64,000 bases of DNA, taken from positions 1,856,001-1,920,000 of the forward strand of contig OZ219926.1 of the NCBI GenBank assembly GCA_964291405.2, read 5' to 3'. Below the pieces are notes generated by a model. That model saw only the letters and a list, made by a program, of their open reading frames with translations. It ran no database searches and was not told the DNA's origin. Source of the stretch: Thermodesulfobacteriota bacterium (GTDB lineage Bacteria > Desulfobacterota > Binatia > Bin18). The stretch's first letter is position 1. Each line of letters starts with the position of its first letter. Of the stretch, positions 46,729 through 56,674 are shown piece by piece. The translations under genes and the position numbers were made by a program.

Positions 46729-47838
46729 CTAGTTCAGCCCATAAAACTGCTTCGCGCTCTCCGCTAAGACCTTGTGCTTGTTCTCGTCCGAGAGCTTTTC
46801 GGCAATCATTTGCGGAGCCCCAGGGAAGAAGCCGTCCGGGTGCGGATAATCGGTGGCCCACAGAATCTTTTCCGCGCCAACATAGTCCACCAGGTGGGCT
46901 AAGCTGCCCTCAACCGGTTCGTACGAAATCCAGCACTGGCGCTTGAAATACTCGCTCGGGAGCAGCGTGAGAGGTGAGTCCGTAAACACCCCATGGTCGT
47001 CGCAGTGGCGGTCCATGCGATCCAGCCAGGGCGCAATCCAGCCGCCTCCCGACTCCAAAAACGCAATGCGCAACTTCGGAAAACGCTCGCACACGCCGTC
47101 CCAGATGATACTCAAACTCGCCAGCATCATTTCCACGGTATGCGAAACAATATGACGCGGGGCCAGCTCCTCAAAGCGGTCGGCTCCCGCCGCCGGCATC
47201 CCACCCGTCCCCTCGTGAACGCCGATGGCAAAGTCGAGCTCTTGGGCTTCGGCCCAGAAGACGTCGTAATCGCGATGCCCTAGCATACGATCATTATACG
47301 GGTTCGGGCGCAGAAAACCGCTCCGCATCCCCAGTTCATTCCGAGCGTAGCGCATTTCTTCGATAGCCAGCTCGATGGATTGCATGGGCAGCATGGCCAC
47401 ACCGAACAGCCGGTCAGGATAGGGCTTGCAGTAATCGGCCAGCCAACGGTTATACGCTCGGCAGGTGGCCGCGGCGAGTTGAGGGTCTTCTATGGCGCCG
47501 GAAAAAAGGCCCAGGGTGGGATACAGAAAAACGGCGTCTATGCCGTCCAGTTCCATATCCGGCATCCGTGCGTGCGGGTCAAAACCGCCCTTCCGGCCTT
47601 CGGTGTATTTAATATCGGTCGAAGCCCTGCCATCCCGCGCGCCAATGGCACCGGCAAATCCTAGCCCTTTTTGTCCGCCCAAGACGCGGCCTTCAATCCG
47701 CAGGCGCTCTTTGCCATCCGTATCGACTATCAGTTCGGGCACCCGGTCCCGGTAGGCCGGATCAATATAGTCGGCCCAAAAATCGGGTGGTTCCAAGACG
47801 TGGCCGTCCGAATCAATAACATTATAAGTACGACTCAT
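46729..47838 (-). CDS. Amidohydrolase family 2 protein
   Basis: IDSDGH, LYPT, FLESGGGW, WATDYPH; start re-called at MSRTYN. Confidence 0.88.
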   Translation of the reverse strand: MSRTYNVIDSDGHVLEPPDFWADYIDPAYRDRVPELIVDTDGKERLRIEGRVLGGQKGLGFAGAIGARDGRASTDIKYTEGRKGGFDPHARMPDMELDGIDAVFLYPTLGLFSGAIEDPQLAAATCRAYNRWLADYCKPYPDRLFGVAMLPMQSIELAIEEMRYARNELGMRSGFLRPNPYNDRMLGHRDYDVFWAEAQELDFAIGVHEGTGGMPAAGADRFEELAPRHIVSHTVEMMLASLSIIWDGVCERFPKLRIAFLESGGGWIAPWLDRMDRHCDDHGVFTDSPLTLLPSEYFKRQCWISYEPVEGSLAHLVDYVGAEKILWATDYPHPDGFFPGAPQMIAEKLSDENKHKVLAESAKQFYGLN

Positions 47839-48009
47839 TGGCGTTCCCTCCCTGCTCATCGCAACGCGTTGCCTTGCCTCCTACCACCTTCTCCGGAGGG
47901 GTACAAGCTTTGCCCGCCCGTGTCGGTATGCCCGTACGACTTGAAACCTACCGGGGCAAGACATATGCTCCCGGTAACAATTTTCCTATCTCTAAAGGAG
48001 GAACGACGC

Positions 48010-48750
48010 ATGAGACCACCAGAAGTTCAATCCAGTATGATGCAGTATCCCGGCCAGGGAGATACGCCGGTCAACGCCTACCTGAGCCAGCCCACCACCG
48101 ATGGTCCGCATCCCGGCGTGATCGTCATCATGGAGGCCTTTGGCTTAAACGATCATATCAAAGACGTGGCCGACCGGTTTGCCCGCGAAGGCTATATTGC
48201 GCTGGCACCGGATATGTATACGCGCGAGGGCAACCCCGACCCCACCGATATCAACGATGTCATCAAAGTGATGTTCTCCGTCCCGGACTCTCAGGCCATG
48301 GCCGACCTGGACGCCGCGGCCCAGTATATCAAGGGTCAGGCGGGCTCCAACGGGAAAGTGGGCGCCATCGGCTTTTGTTCCGGTGGACGCTACACCCTGA
48401 TGTTTGGCTGCACGAGTCAAAACCTGGATGCCGCGGTAGATTCGGCCGGCGGTTTCATCATTCAGGACGATTTTCCGCCGACCCGCCCGACCTCGCCTAT
48501 TGATCTGGTCAAGGACCTGTCCTGTCCCTTGCTTGGCTTATTTGGCGAAGAGGACCCCAATCCTTCACCTGAACACGCCGACCGCCTCAAAGAGGAGCTC
48601 GACAAGCACGGCAAGACGTATGAGATGCGCATGTATCCCAACGCCGGCCACGCCTTTTTCGCTGACTATCGGGATAGCTACCGTCCGGTAGCCGCCCAGG
48701 ATATGTGGCATCGCGTGCTGCTGTTCTATGGCAAACATCTCAGCAACTAG
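48010..48750 (+). CDS. Dienelactone hydrolase family protein
   Basis: EAFGLN.HI, GFCSGG nucleophile, GHAF; AAGGAGG RBS before ATG 48010. Confidence 0.9.
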   Translation: MRPPEVQSSMMQYPGQGDTPVNAYLSQPTTDGPHPGVIVIMEAFGLNDHIKDVADRFAREGYIALAPDMYTREGNPDPTDINDVIKVMFSVPDSQAMADLDAAAQYIKGQAGSNGKVGAIGFCSGGRYTLMFGCTSQNLDAAVDSAGGFIIQDDFPPTRPTSPIDLVKDLSCPLLGLFGEEDPNPSPEHADRLKEELDKHGKTYEMRMYPNAGHAFFADYRDSYRPVAAQDMWHRVLLFYGKHLSN

Positions 48751-48837
48751 CCTAATCTTCCTCTGGGAGAGGGCCGGGGTGAGGTGGCCTGTGTGGGCCG
48801 GCCTCACCCATCAATAACCATAGAAGGAGAGATCCCC

Positions 48838-49332
48838 ATGGCAGTAGAAAAATTTCCCGTCGAGGCGAGCCATATCCTCATGTTTGCTCGTTCCGTGGGC
48901 GACTATAACGAGATTTATGCCGACGAAGAGTACGCCAAGACCACCGAGCCTGGGTCCGTTATTGCCCCACCGACCTTTGTTCAGGCGAGTGCCCAGTTTG
49001 ATCCCGATTATTTTCTGCGGCCCAAACCGGGCAAGCCCTGGTTCGGCTCGGGCAAAGAACCCACAGGCGTGAAAAAAGAAGACAGCGGCGGGGGTGGAGG
49101 CGGCGGGGGTGGCCTGCATGCCGAGCAGCACTATATCTACCACCGGCATCCCAAACCGGGCGATGTCCTGACCGCCACGGTAAAACCGGGTAAGAAATGG
49201 GAAAAACAGGGCAAGCGTTCAGGCAAGTTGCTCTTTTCCGAGACCATTACCGAGTATCGCGATCAGAGCGGTGAACTGGTTGTCACCGCCCGGAGCGTTG
49301 GCGTTCAAACCGAGCGTCCCGTCGATCAGTAG
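48838..49332 (+). CDS. MaoC-like dehydratase N-terminal-type (hot-dog fold) protein
   Basis: FARSVGD.N, APPTF, LHAEQ; contains a Gly9 run. Confidence 0.82.
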   Translation: MAVEKFPVEASHILMFARSVGDYNEIYADEEYAKTTEPGSVIAPPTFVQASAQFDPDYFLRPKPGKPWFGSGKEPTGVKKEDSGGGGGGGGGLHAEQHYIYHRHPKPGDVLTATVKPGKKWEKQGKRSGKLLFSETITEYRDQSGELVVTARSVGVQTERPVDQ

Positions 49333-49342
49333 GAGGGAAAAC

Positions 49343-49765
49343 ATGTCATTATCAGCAAGCAAACTCACAGTCGGAGATACCTACGAAGAACAAGTAGTCG
49401 AAGACCTCAAACGCACCCAACTCGTCCAATACGCCGGAGCATCGGGCGACTATAATCCGGTTCATACCGATGAAATTTTTGTCACCAAGGTGGCCGGCTA
49501 TCCTTCCGTTTTTGCCCACGGCATGCTGTCCATGGGTATGACCGGCAAGATGTTGACCAATTACGTCGGCGACGGCCGCCTCACCCAATACGGCGTACGC
49601 TTTACCCGCCAGGTCTGGCCCGGCGACTCCCTGACCGCCAAAGCCACGGTGAAAGCCATCCGTCAAGAAGAAGGCGGTCACATCGTCGATCTGGACGTCT
49701 CGACCGTCAATCAAGACGGGGTCGAGGTCGTCAGCGGCTACGCCTCGGCGCGGGTTGATCCGTAG
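49343..49765 (+). CDS. MaoC family dehydratase
   Basis: YAGASGDYNPVHTD, AHGM. Confidence 0.9.
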   Translation: MSLSASKLTVGDTYEEQVVEDLKRTQLVQYAGASGDYNPVHTDEIFVTKVAGYPSVFAHGMLSMGMTGKMLTNYVGDGRLTQYGVRFTRQVWPGDSLTAKATVKAIRQEEGGHIVDLDVSTVNQDGVEVVSGYASARVDP

Positions 49766-49834
49766 GTTTCTGCAACAAGACTTTCCATCTGCCCTCTCCC
49801 GCTGAGCCTGTTGGGAGAGGGCGTACACAACTAT

Positions 49835-50425
49835 ATGTGGAGATACGTAGTGGAAGAGCTAACAGAAATCATAGAGGAAGCGACCACTAGAGTTAGTGAG
49901 GAATATTTCCGCCTCAAAATCGACGGTGGTTATCCCATATATCGCGAACTAGTCTATTGCTACGAGCTCTATCATCAAATGCGCTGCTGGTGGCCAACAA
50001 ACACGCCGTTCTATCTCAATGGTGAGGTCGATAAACGTGCTCATCCGATTCTGAAAAAATTAGAAGTGGACAATGTGAGACCTGATTTGCTCGTTCATCG
50101 GCCCGGCTGCATGGAGTACAATCATGCAATCATTGAAGTAAAACCTTCCAAAGTCAATAAAAACGGAAGCATAGAGAAGAAAACAAAATGTAATATACAT
50201 AAGGACTTAAAGACCTTATCAAGATTCAGGAGCGAAGCCGGCTATCAACGTGCCATCTATCTAGTCTACGGATGCGAGGCTGCTGACTTTGCAGCGCACG
50301 TGAAAAAAATTGCAGGTGAGTTTGAAGGGTTGAAGCCCATTGAGTTATGGCTACACGAGGAGCCTGGGAAACCAGCCGCGTGTCACACTATGCTCCCACG
50401 ACCTAACACAAGCGGTGGCTGCTAA
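49835..50425 (+). CDS. Hypothetical protein with a PD-(D/E)XK nuclease-like motif
   Basis: E.VYCYELYHQ...RPDLLVH...IIEVK; AT-richer than flanks; start uncertain. Confidence 0.55.
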   Translation: MWRYVVEELTEIIEEATTRVSEEYFRLKIDGGYPIYRELVYCYELYHQMRCWWPTNTPFYLNGEVDKRAHPILKKLEVDNVRPDLLVHRPGCMEYNHAIIEVKPSKVNKNGSIEKKTKCNIHKDLKTLSRFRSEAGYQRAIYLVYGCEAADFAAHVKKIAGEFEGLKPIELWLHEEPGKPAACHTMLPRPNTSGGC

Positions 50426-50545
50426 GCTTCGACCTCCGATTCCAAAGTGCTGGCCCCTGGATGAAGCGGAGCGTAATTCAGGATGGGCGGTATGTCTCGG
50501 ATTGTCATCCTACTTCTCCCTTGTAAACCGTGATACAGAAAGAAC

Positions 50546-50800
50546 GTGGAACATACAGTCCTCAATCGTTTTCTGAGGCCGTTCGTTGAATGTCTGACGC
50601 CAGAAGTCGCTCAGCACATCGTGGACATCGAACTCGACCCGCACTCCCAAGCGCGGCTCGACGAACTCGCTACTAAAGCCAATGAGGGACATTTGGCCGA
50701 CGATGAGCGGCAGGAGTATGAGGAGTTTGTCGAAGGCATTGACCTGATGGGTATTCTCAAGGCCCAGGCACGAACTGTCCTGGTGAAACACGCGTCATAA
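50546..50800 (+). CDS. Small antitoxin-like protein of the type found upstream of HNH endonucleases
   Basis: QARLDELATKANEG.L...ERQEY...LKAQAR pattern; stop overlaps the next ATG (TAATG). Confidence 0.6.
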   Translation: MEHTVLNRFLRPFVECLTPEVAQHIVDIELDPHSQARLDELATKANEGHLADDERQEYEEFVEGIDLMGILKAQARTVLVKHAS

Positions 50801-50835
50801 TGGATGCCGCCCGCCACCTGGTATGCCGGCTCTGC
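50800..50835 (+). pseudogene. Possible truncated N-terminal stub of an HNH endonuclease gene
   Basis: ATG GAT GCC GCC CGC CAC CTG GTA (MDAARHLV) coupled to the upstream stop, then runs into the convergent antidote gene. Confidence 0.35.
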
Positions 50836-51138
50836 TTATGCAGCATCCTTTTCTGAAGTCGTAAAAGTCACACTGATCCCAATGGCTCTGAGGATGGAAA
50901 GAAGACTCGCCAGCCTTGGGTTTCCATCTTCGGAGAGCATCTTGTACATGCTTTGCCGATTGAGCTGTGTTATTGCGGATAAGACCCCAAGTCCGCCGTG
51001 GGCTTCGGCGACATTTCGGAGAGCAATGAGAAACTCGTCCACCGCGCCATCTTCTATTGCCGCAGAGAGATAGGCCGCCGCGGTCTCCGGGTCTCGGAGT
51101 TCTTCGAGCAGGAATGTATCGTAGTCTTTAGTTGGCAT
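50836..51138 (-). CDS. Addiction module antidote protein (HI1420-type HTH antitoxin)
   Basis: AAAYLSAAIEDG...ALRNVAEA.GG...LNRQSMYKMLS..GNP. Confidence 0.88.
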   Translation of the reverse strand: MPTKDYDTFLLEELRDPETAAAYLSAAIEDGAVDEFLIALRNVAEAHGGLGVLSAITQLNRQSMYKMLSEDGNPRLASLLSILRAIGISVTFTTSEKDAA

Positions 51139-51166
51139 TGTGCTGAAACTCCTTCCAATCGTAACG

Positions 51167-52342
51167 CTACCCTTCCAGACTGCGCGTGAGGTTTGTCATC
51201 ATACGCCACGGCAGGGCAGGCCCGACTTCGCGGGTCTGATATTGGTCCCCGCCATAGACGAGATAGGACTGTCGCACCTGCTCTTTTGCCAGGTGTTGAT
51301 AGTATTCGAGCCCCTGAAAAAAATCGGCGTTCAGAGTAGCACCGGATTTGATTTCGAGCGCGGTCACCTGATCGCCCCAATCGACGAGCACATCGACCTC
51401 CCTGCCCTTGTGATCCTGCCAGAAATGGAGCGGCAACCGCTTGCGGTGGTGGGCGTTCCATTTGTACAGCTCGCCGACGACCCAGCACTCAAACAGGTTG
51501 CCCCGGAGGGAGTGCAGGCGCAATTCATCCGCTGAACGAATACCGAGCAATCGGCTCGCGAGTCCGGTATCGTAGAAATAGAGCTTTGGTCGCTTGACCA
51601 AGCGTTTAGAGAAATTGCGGTGGTGAGGAGTGAGGCGGTAGGCGATATAGCTCGCTTCCAGAACGGAAAGCCAGGCGCTGGCGGTATTATGGGTGATTCC
51701 GGCGTCGTTCGCGAGCCCGCTCAGGTCGAGTACCTGCCCGATTCGTCCGGCACAAAGCCGCACAAAGGTTTGAAAAACATGGAGATTCTGGACAGCCGTA
51801 ATCTGACGGACATCCCGTTCGACATAGGTGCGGATGTAGTCGCCGTACCAGTCGAGCGGGTCAAGGTTGCGGTCGAACAGGGGGGGATATTGTCCGGTGA
51901 AGAGCAGGTGATCGAGCGACGGAATCTGGATGTCTGCTGTTTGCAACTCGGCAAAGGAAAAGGGCAGGAGGTCGAACAGCGCCACTCGCCCAGCCAGCGT
52001 TTGCGAAATCCCATCAAGAAAACCAAAGTGCCGAGAGCCTGTGAGGACGAAGAATCCCGGCTCTTGACGTTCATCCACAATCCCCTGGATATAGGAGAAA
52101 AGGTCGGGCGCCCTTTGGACCTCGTCGATAATAGCGCCCCTGGGAAATCCTCCGAGAAATCGTCTGGGGTCAGACAGGGCAAAGTCCAACTGGTCCGGGT
52201 CTTCCAGGCTGACGTAGGCTTTGTCTGGAAAAATCGCACGCGACAACGTTGTTTTCCCAGACTGGCGAGGCCCGGTTATGGCGATGACAGGATAGCCCTG
52301 CGCGGCTTGACGTAGAGCCGGAGCCATTTCTCTTTCGATCAT
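51167..52342 (-). CDS. AAA+ ATPase with C-terminal DUF4143 (PD-(D/E)XK-like) domain
   Basis: GPRQSGKTT, IIDEVQ, LTGS, KRPKLYFYDTG, EVD...EIKS. Confidence 0.9.
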   Translation of the reverse strand: MIEREMAPALRQAAQGYPVIAITGPRQSGKTTLSRAIFPDKAYVSLEDPDQLDFALSDPRRFLGGFPRGAIIDEVQRAPDLFSYIQGIVDERQEPGFFVLTGSRHFGFLDGISQTLAGRVALFDLLPFSFAELQTADIQIPSLDHLLFTGQYPPLFDRNLDPLDWYGDYIRTYVERDVRQITAVQNLHVFQTFVRLCAGRIGQVLDLSGLANDAGITHNTASAWLSVLEASYIAYRLTPHHRNFSKRLVKRPKLYFYDTGLASRLLGIRSADELRLHSLRGNLFECWVVGELYKWNAHHRKRLPLHFWQDHKGREVDVLVDWGDQVTALEIKSGATLNADFFQGLEYYQHLAKEQVRQSYLVYGGDQYQTREVGPALPWRMMTNLTRSLEG

Positions 52343-52529
52343 AAGTATAGATAATAGAATGATAAGTACAATATTTCAATCATTTTGACAAAAATATATC
52401 CAAACTAGAACCATAAAATTGTCATAACAGGCGGAAGAGAGGACTGGAGGCCAAGATTCCGGCTGGTCTTTATGCGAAGGTCGTCGTATGGTGAGAATAT
52501 CTTGTCATACGAATGTTGCGAGGAGCACT

Positions 52530-53261
52530 ATGGATACCGAAGCCATTCGCCAAGCACGCATTGATCTCACCGCCATACTGCGCTGGGCAGACCGGCTCGG
52601 CCTGAGTGAGGGCATCTGTAATCACTTCAGCTTGGTCGTCCCAGGCACGACGGACCGCTTTCTGATCAACCCTCAGGGCCTCCATTGGTCTGAGATGCAG
52701 ACAAGCGACCTGGTCGTCGTCGACCCGGACGGGAACGTGATCGAAGGCAAGTGGCAGGTCGAGCCCACGGCCTTCTTTATCCATTCCCAGATTCACCGCG
52801 GTAACCCGTCTGCCCAGTGCGTGCTCCACACCCATATGCCGTATGCGACCACCCTGTGCGCAATCGATGGTGGTCGTCTCGAATGGATCAGCCAGAATGC
52901 GCTGCGCTTCTATCAGCGGGTTGCGTACGAAGAGGCGTATAACGGTCTGGCCCTGGACGAGGCGGAAGGGCAGCGGCTCAGGGAAAAGCTGATCGAGGGG
53001 AAGGTTGCCTTTCTCGCCAACCACGGCGTGATTGTGATTGGGCCGGACGTGGCAACCGCGTTCGACGACTTATACTACCTGGAGCGGGCGTGCATGGTTC
53101 AGGTGCTGGCCCACTCAACAGGCTTGCCGCTCAAACGTATCTCCGCTCAAGTGAGTCGTTACACGAGTGAGCAGTTCGAAACGGCACGCCAACAAGCCGC
53201 CCTCCATCTGGAGGCGATCAAACGGATGCTGAAACGTGAGGCTCCCGAATTCCTGGAATAA
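52530..53261 (+). CDS. Class II aldolase/adducin family protein
   Basis: NHFS, FFIHSQIH, HTH, LANHG; AGGAG RBS before ATG 52530. Confidence 0.9.
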   Translation: MDTEAIRQARIDLTAILRWADRLGLSEGICNHFSLVVPGTTDRFLINPQGLHWSEMQTSDLVVVDPDGNVIEGKWQVEPTAFFIHSQIHRGNPSAQCVLHTHMPYATTLCAIDGGRLEWISQNALRFYQRVAYEEAYNGLALDEAEGQRLREKLIEGKVAFLANHGVIVIGPDVATAFDDLYYLERACMVQVLAHSTGLPLKRISAQVSRYTSEQFETARQQAALHLEAIKRMLKREAPEFLE

Positions 53262-53271
53262 GTTCAATGCG

Positions 53272-53301
53272 AAAAGGGGGGCCTCCCGGCCCCCCTGCTT
53301 T
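53272..53301. terminator. Probable bidirectional intrinsic terminator between convergent genes
   Basis: AAAAGGGGGGCC-TCCC-GGCCCCCCTGCTTT. Confidence 0.65.
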
Positions 53302-53350
53302 GATCAGGATTGTCTTGATAATCCTGTAATCCCTTAATCCTGATTGGTCT

Positions 53351-54238
53351 TTAGACGTCCAGACGATAGCCAGCACCGTCTCGGACCAGCTTGCCGGCGG
53401 TCGGCCCAGCAAAGTGGGTGCCGATAATCAGCGTCGGCGTATCCGCAAACTGCTCAAAGGTTCGCCAGCGGGTGGCCAGCGCCATGTTGTTATCGATATC
53501 GAACGGCGTGCAGATATTCGGGTCGTGGAACTGGATCGGGTGATGAATAAAGTCCCCGGTAATCATGGCCGCCTCACCATTGGACTCAACCACGACTGAG
53601 CAGTGTCCGGGCGTATGGCCCGGCGTCGGAATCAGCCGCACCCCTTCGCAAATCGTCGTCGGCGCGTCGATCGACTTGGCCAGACCGGCGTCAAAGACCG
53701 GCTGCATGGAGTCCTCAAACACGCGGCGTTGAATATTGAAGAAGTCCACCGCATCGGCCGGCAGGTTGGCGATCATGTCGTCGTCAATCTTGCCAAACAG
53801 TTCCAGATCTTTCTGATCCATCAGATAGGACGCGTTCGGAAAGGTCGGGACCCATTTGCCGTCAACCAACTTCGTGTTCCAGCCCACATGGTCAAGATGC
53901 AGGTGGGTGCACATGACGTAGTCGATGCCGTCCGGGTCGTAACCGGCCGCCTTCATGTCGTCCAAGAAGGAGGTTGAAAGATTGCTCATGATGTCCAGGG
54001 GGGCGCGGTTGCGACCGTTGCCGATGCAGGTGTCCACCACCACGGTCGCACCGGGCGTGTCCACGATCAGCGCATGAATGCTCAGGGAGAGCATGCCTTC
54101 GGGCGTAACAAAGTGAGGAAAGAGCCACTCGACCTGTTTCACCACCTCGGGTGTTGCGGTCGGCAGCACATCCGAAAATTCCGGATACACGATCTCCTCA
54201 ATCTTCGTGATTTTGGTATCACCTATCTGCCAATGCAT
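53351..54238 (-). CDS. MBL-fold metallo-hydrolase
   Basis: THLHLDHVGWN, GHTPGH, GD, HF; start re-called at MHWQIG. Confidence 0.9.
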   Translation of the reverse strand: MHWQIGDTKITKIEEIVYPEFSDVLPTATPEVVKQVEWLFPHFVTPEGMLSLSIHALIVDTPGATVVVDTCIGNGRNRAPLDIMSNLSTSFLDDMKAAGYDPDGIDYVMCTHLHLDHVGWNTKLVDGKWVPTFPNASYLMDQKDLELFGKIDDDMIANLPADAVDFFNIQRRVFEDSMQPVFDAGLAKSIDAPTTICEGVRLIPTPGHTPGHCSVVVESNGEAAMITGDFIHHPIQFHDPNICTPFDIDNNMALATRWRTFEQFADTPTLIIGTHFAGPTAGKLVRDGAGYRLDV

Positions 54239-54338
54239 AATATCCTCCTGTTCTCTGCATTGTTCTGGCGTTTTTGTTGCTTGGTGTTGGGCCTTTTTTC
54301 CTCTCCCACTGGGGGAGCGGGCTTGCTTTGCAACTGGT

Positions 54339-54863
54339 CTATAGCGGTCCCGGTCGAACGGGGTCCTTGCCGTCCCAATTTTTTGCTGCGTCCTCAACTA
54401 GCATAAACAAATCCTTGAAGACAGCATTATTGTCCCACAGCTCGGTATAATGACCGATGGTGCTGACCGTGTCAAAATACACCAGTTCGGCATTGCCGAC
54501 CGTACACTCAAACGCGGCCTCATGGCCCAGCTCTTGATACTGGGCATAGGCGGCTTTGTAGTCTTCGGGCATGAGGCCGAAATGATGGACGCCGACCCGA
54601 CCGGCATCCAGAAACTCCTTGTATACGGATGGCTCATCGTTATGTTGAAAGATAAGTTCGATCTGGAGGGCGCCGCTATTGCCCAGGGCTAAGGTCACAT
54701 CCACGTTCGAGGGATTGCCCCGGTAGCGCTGATTTCTGAGCGGACAGTGTTCAAACAAATAGAACGGCCCCACCTTTAGCACATCCACCCAGTATTTGAG
54801 TGCGGCGTCCATGTCTCTGACCACATAGGCCAACTGACGAACGGTATGCAGCGGTTGTGTCAT
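54339..54863 (-). CDS. VOC family protein (glyoxalase_4 / methylmalonyl-CoA epimerase-like)
   Basis: QLAYVV.D, QIELI, GVHH; start re-called at MTQPL. Confidence 0.82.
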   Translation of the reverse strand: MTQPLHTVRQLAYVVRDMDAALKYWVDVLKVGPFYLFEHCPLRNQRYRGNPSNVDVTLALGNSGALQIELIFQHNDEPSVYKEFLDAGRVGVHHFGLMPEDYKAAYAQYQELGHEAAFECTVGNAELVYFDTVSTIGHYTELWDNNAVFKDLFMLVEDAAKNWDGKDPVRPGPL

Positions 54864-55048
54864 CTGATTCCCCCCTTGTGTAAACATTCGATCGCGGTCA
54901 GGATCAAGCAGTTGAGCCAACCGGACTGTTAGCGTCTTAGCTTACATCGGAGTGATCGACAAGGATAAGTGTCTACCGGTGTGGGCGTACGGACCACGAA
55001 CCCGGCTGACCTGCCTGGAGCGGGTGTATACGTTAGGAGGAGGCTTCC

Positions 55049-55297
55049 TTGGACTCGCCAAAAATTGAGTATCCGTGCACCTGGTCGTTCAAGATCATTG
55101 GTTCCGATGCCGCCCAGATCACGGATGCTATAGTCGCTATGCTTGAGGCGTTCGAATATCAGCTCAGCGAATCGCGCCACAGTCGGACGGGGAAGTACAC
55201 GTCGTTTAATCTCTCCGTTCACGTCAAGAGCGAACAAGAGCGGCTGGCCATATTCAGCGGCCTCAAGCGTATTCCGAGTGTCAAAGTAATCCTGTAA
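55049..55297 (+). CDS. ybeD: YbeD/DUF493 family protein
   Basis: IEYPC.WSFKIIG, SRTGKYTS. Confidence 0.75.
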   Translation: MDSPKIEYPCTWSFKIIGSDAAQITDAIVAMLEAFEYQLSESRHSRTGKYTSFNLSVHVKSEQERLAIFSGLKRIPSVKVIL

Positions 55298-55331
55298 GTA
55301 AGAAGACACCCGTCAGGAAGGAGATTTCGTA

Positions 55332-56561
55332 ATGAAGTTCATGTATTTTTGTCTGCCGTCCATTCCCGCCACTCCCCAAGAGCGGAAGGACCTCCGACCC
55401 ATTGCCCACCACACCGAGCGCTGGCAAAAAATGTTCGACGAGGTTGCCGAGATTGCACGTATGGTGGAAGACCTGGGCTTCACCGGCGTCGGCTTCCCCG
55501 AGCACCATCTGCATACCGAAGGCATGGAGATCGGCAGCCTGCCCCTTCTGACCCAATACGTCATTCACCAGACCTCAACGCTCAAGGTCGGCCCCATCGG
55601 CTACGTCCTGCCAGGCTGGAACCCGCTGCGGCTCGCCCTGGAAATTGCCTGGCTCGACCAGCTCACCAAAGGGCGCACGCATGTCGGGTTCGCCCGCGGC
55701 TATCAATCCCGCTGGCTCAGTCCCATGGCGCAGAAGATTCACATCGGCGCGACGGCCAGCGATCAGAGCGACGTCGACATGCGTAATCGCGAGGCGTTTG
55801 AGGAGGTGTTTCAGATTCTGAAACTGGCCTGGAAGGATGAACCCTTTCGGTTCAAGGGCAAACACTATGAGTATCCGTATCCCTATGAGGAGGGTACGCC
55901 CTGGCAGGCCCACGAATGGACGCGCGAACACGGCTCTCCGGGCGAGGTCGATGACAACGGTCGGGTCCAGATGATCGATGTCGTACCCAAGCCGTATCAG
56001 AAGCCCCACCCCACCCTCTTCCAGGCATTCTCCATGAGCGAGGCTACCGTCCGCTGGTGTGCCAGAGAGAACATCGTGCCGACCCTGTTCATCTCCGATC
56101 ACGACCAGGTGCGTTTTTTTGCCGAGACCCACGTCGAAGAAGCCAAGACCGCCGGCCGTGCACTCGAGTTTGGTGAATCGCTCGGTGTGCTGCGCGCCAT
56201 TTATCCCGGAGACACCCAGGAGGCCGCCAGAAAAATGCTGACGGCTGGCTTCTGTGGCTATGGCTTTCAGAATTTCTTCTACCATTTCGGCTTTCTGGAG
56301 GCCTTCCGCACCGAAGCCGACAACAAAAAATACGGCGAGGGGCCAATGCCCGCCTCCGAAGCCACCCCCGAGCGGATGATCGGCTCGAATTTTGCCCTGG
56401 CCGGAACAACGAGTGATATCCGTCGCGCTATGGATCAGTTGATCGAAGCGGGAAATCCAGAGTGGTTTATCTGGCAGGGCGACCAGGGCCTCCTGCCGAT
56501 TGAAGAAGTCAAACGCGCCATCCGGAAAGTCGGCGAGGAAGTCCTGCCGCACTATATGTAG
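55332..56561 (+). CDS. Luciferase-like (LLM) flavin-dependent monooxygenase
   Basis: PEHH, LDQLTKGR..VGFARGYQ, PKPYQKPHP. Confidence 0.9.
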   Translation: MKFMYFCLPSIPATPQERKDLRPIAHHTERWQKMFDEVAEIARMVEDLGFTGVGFPEHHLHTEGMEIGSLPLLTQYVIHQTSTLKVGPIGYVLPGWNPLRLALEIAWLDQLTKGRTHVGFARGYQSRWLSPMAQKIHIGATASDQSDVDMRNREAFEEVFQILKLAWKDEPFRFKGKHYEYPYPYEEGTPWQAHEWTREHGSPGEVDDNGRVQMIDVVPKPYQKPHPTLFQAFSMSEATVRWCARENIVPTLFISDHDQVRFFAETHVEEAKTAGRALEFGESLGVLRAIYPGDTQEAARKMLTAGFCGYGFQNFFYHFGFLEAFRTEADNKKYGEGPMPASEATPERMIGSNFALAGTTSDIRRAMDQLIEAGNPEWFIWQGDQGLLPIEEVKRAIRKVGEEVLPHYM

Positions 56562-56674
56562 GGCGTTCGTAATGACATGAAAGGATGTATGAGCTGCTGG
56601 AGAAGCGCACGCAGGCAAAGGCGTCGCTCGGACCGATTCATGTTGGGCCAAGGTCCTCCTAACAGAGGAATTCT

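Noticed and set aside
49084-49113. Phase-variable tract in the MaoC-like gene
   Set aside because: The Gly run uses mixed codons with no long homopolymer and the frame is intact
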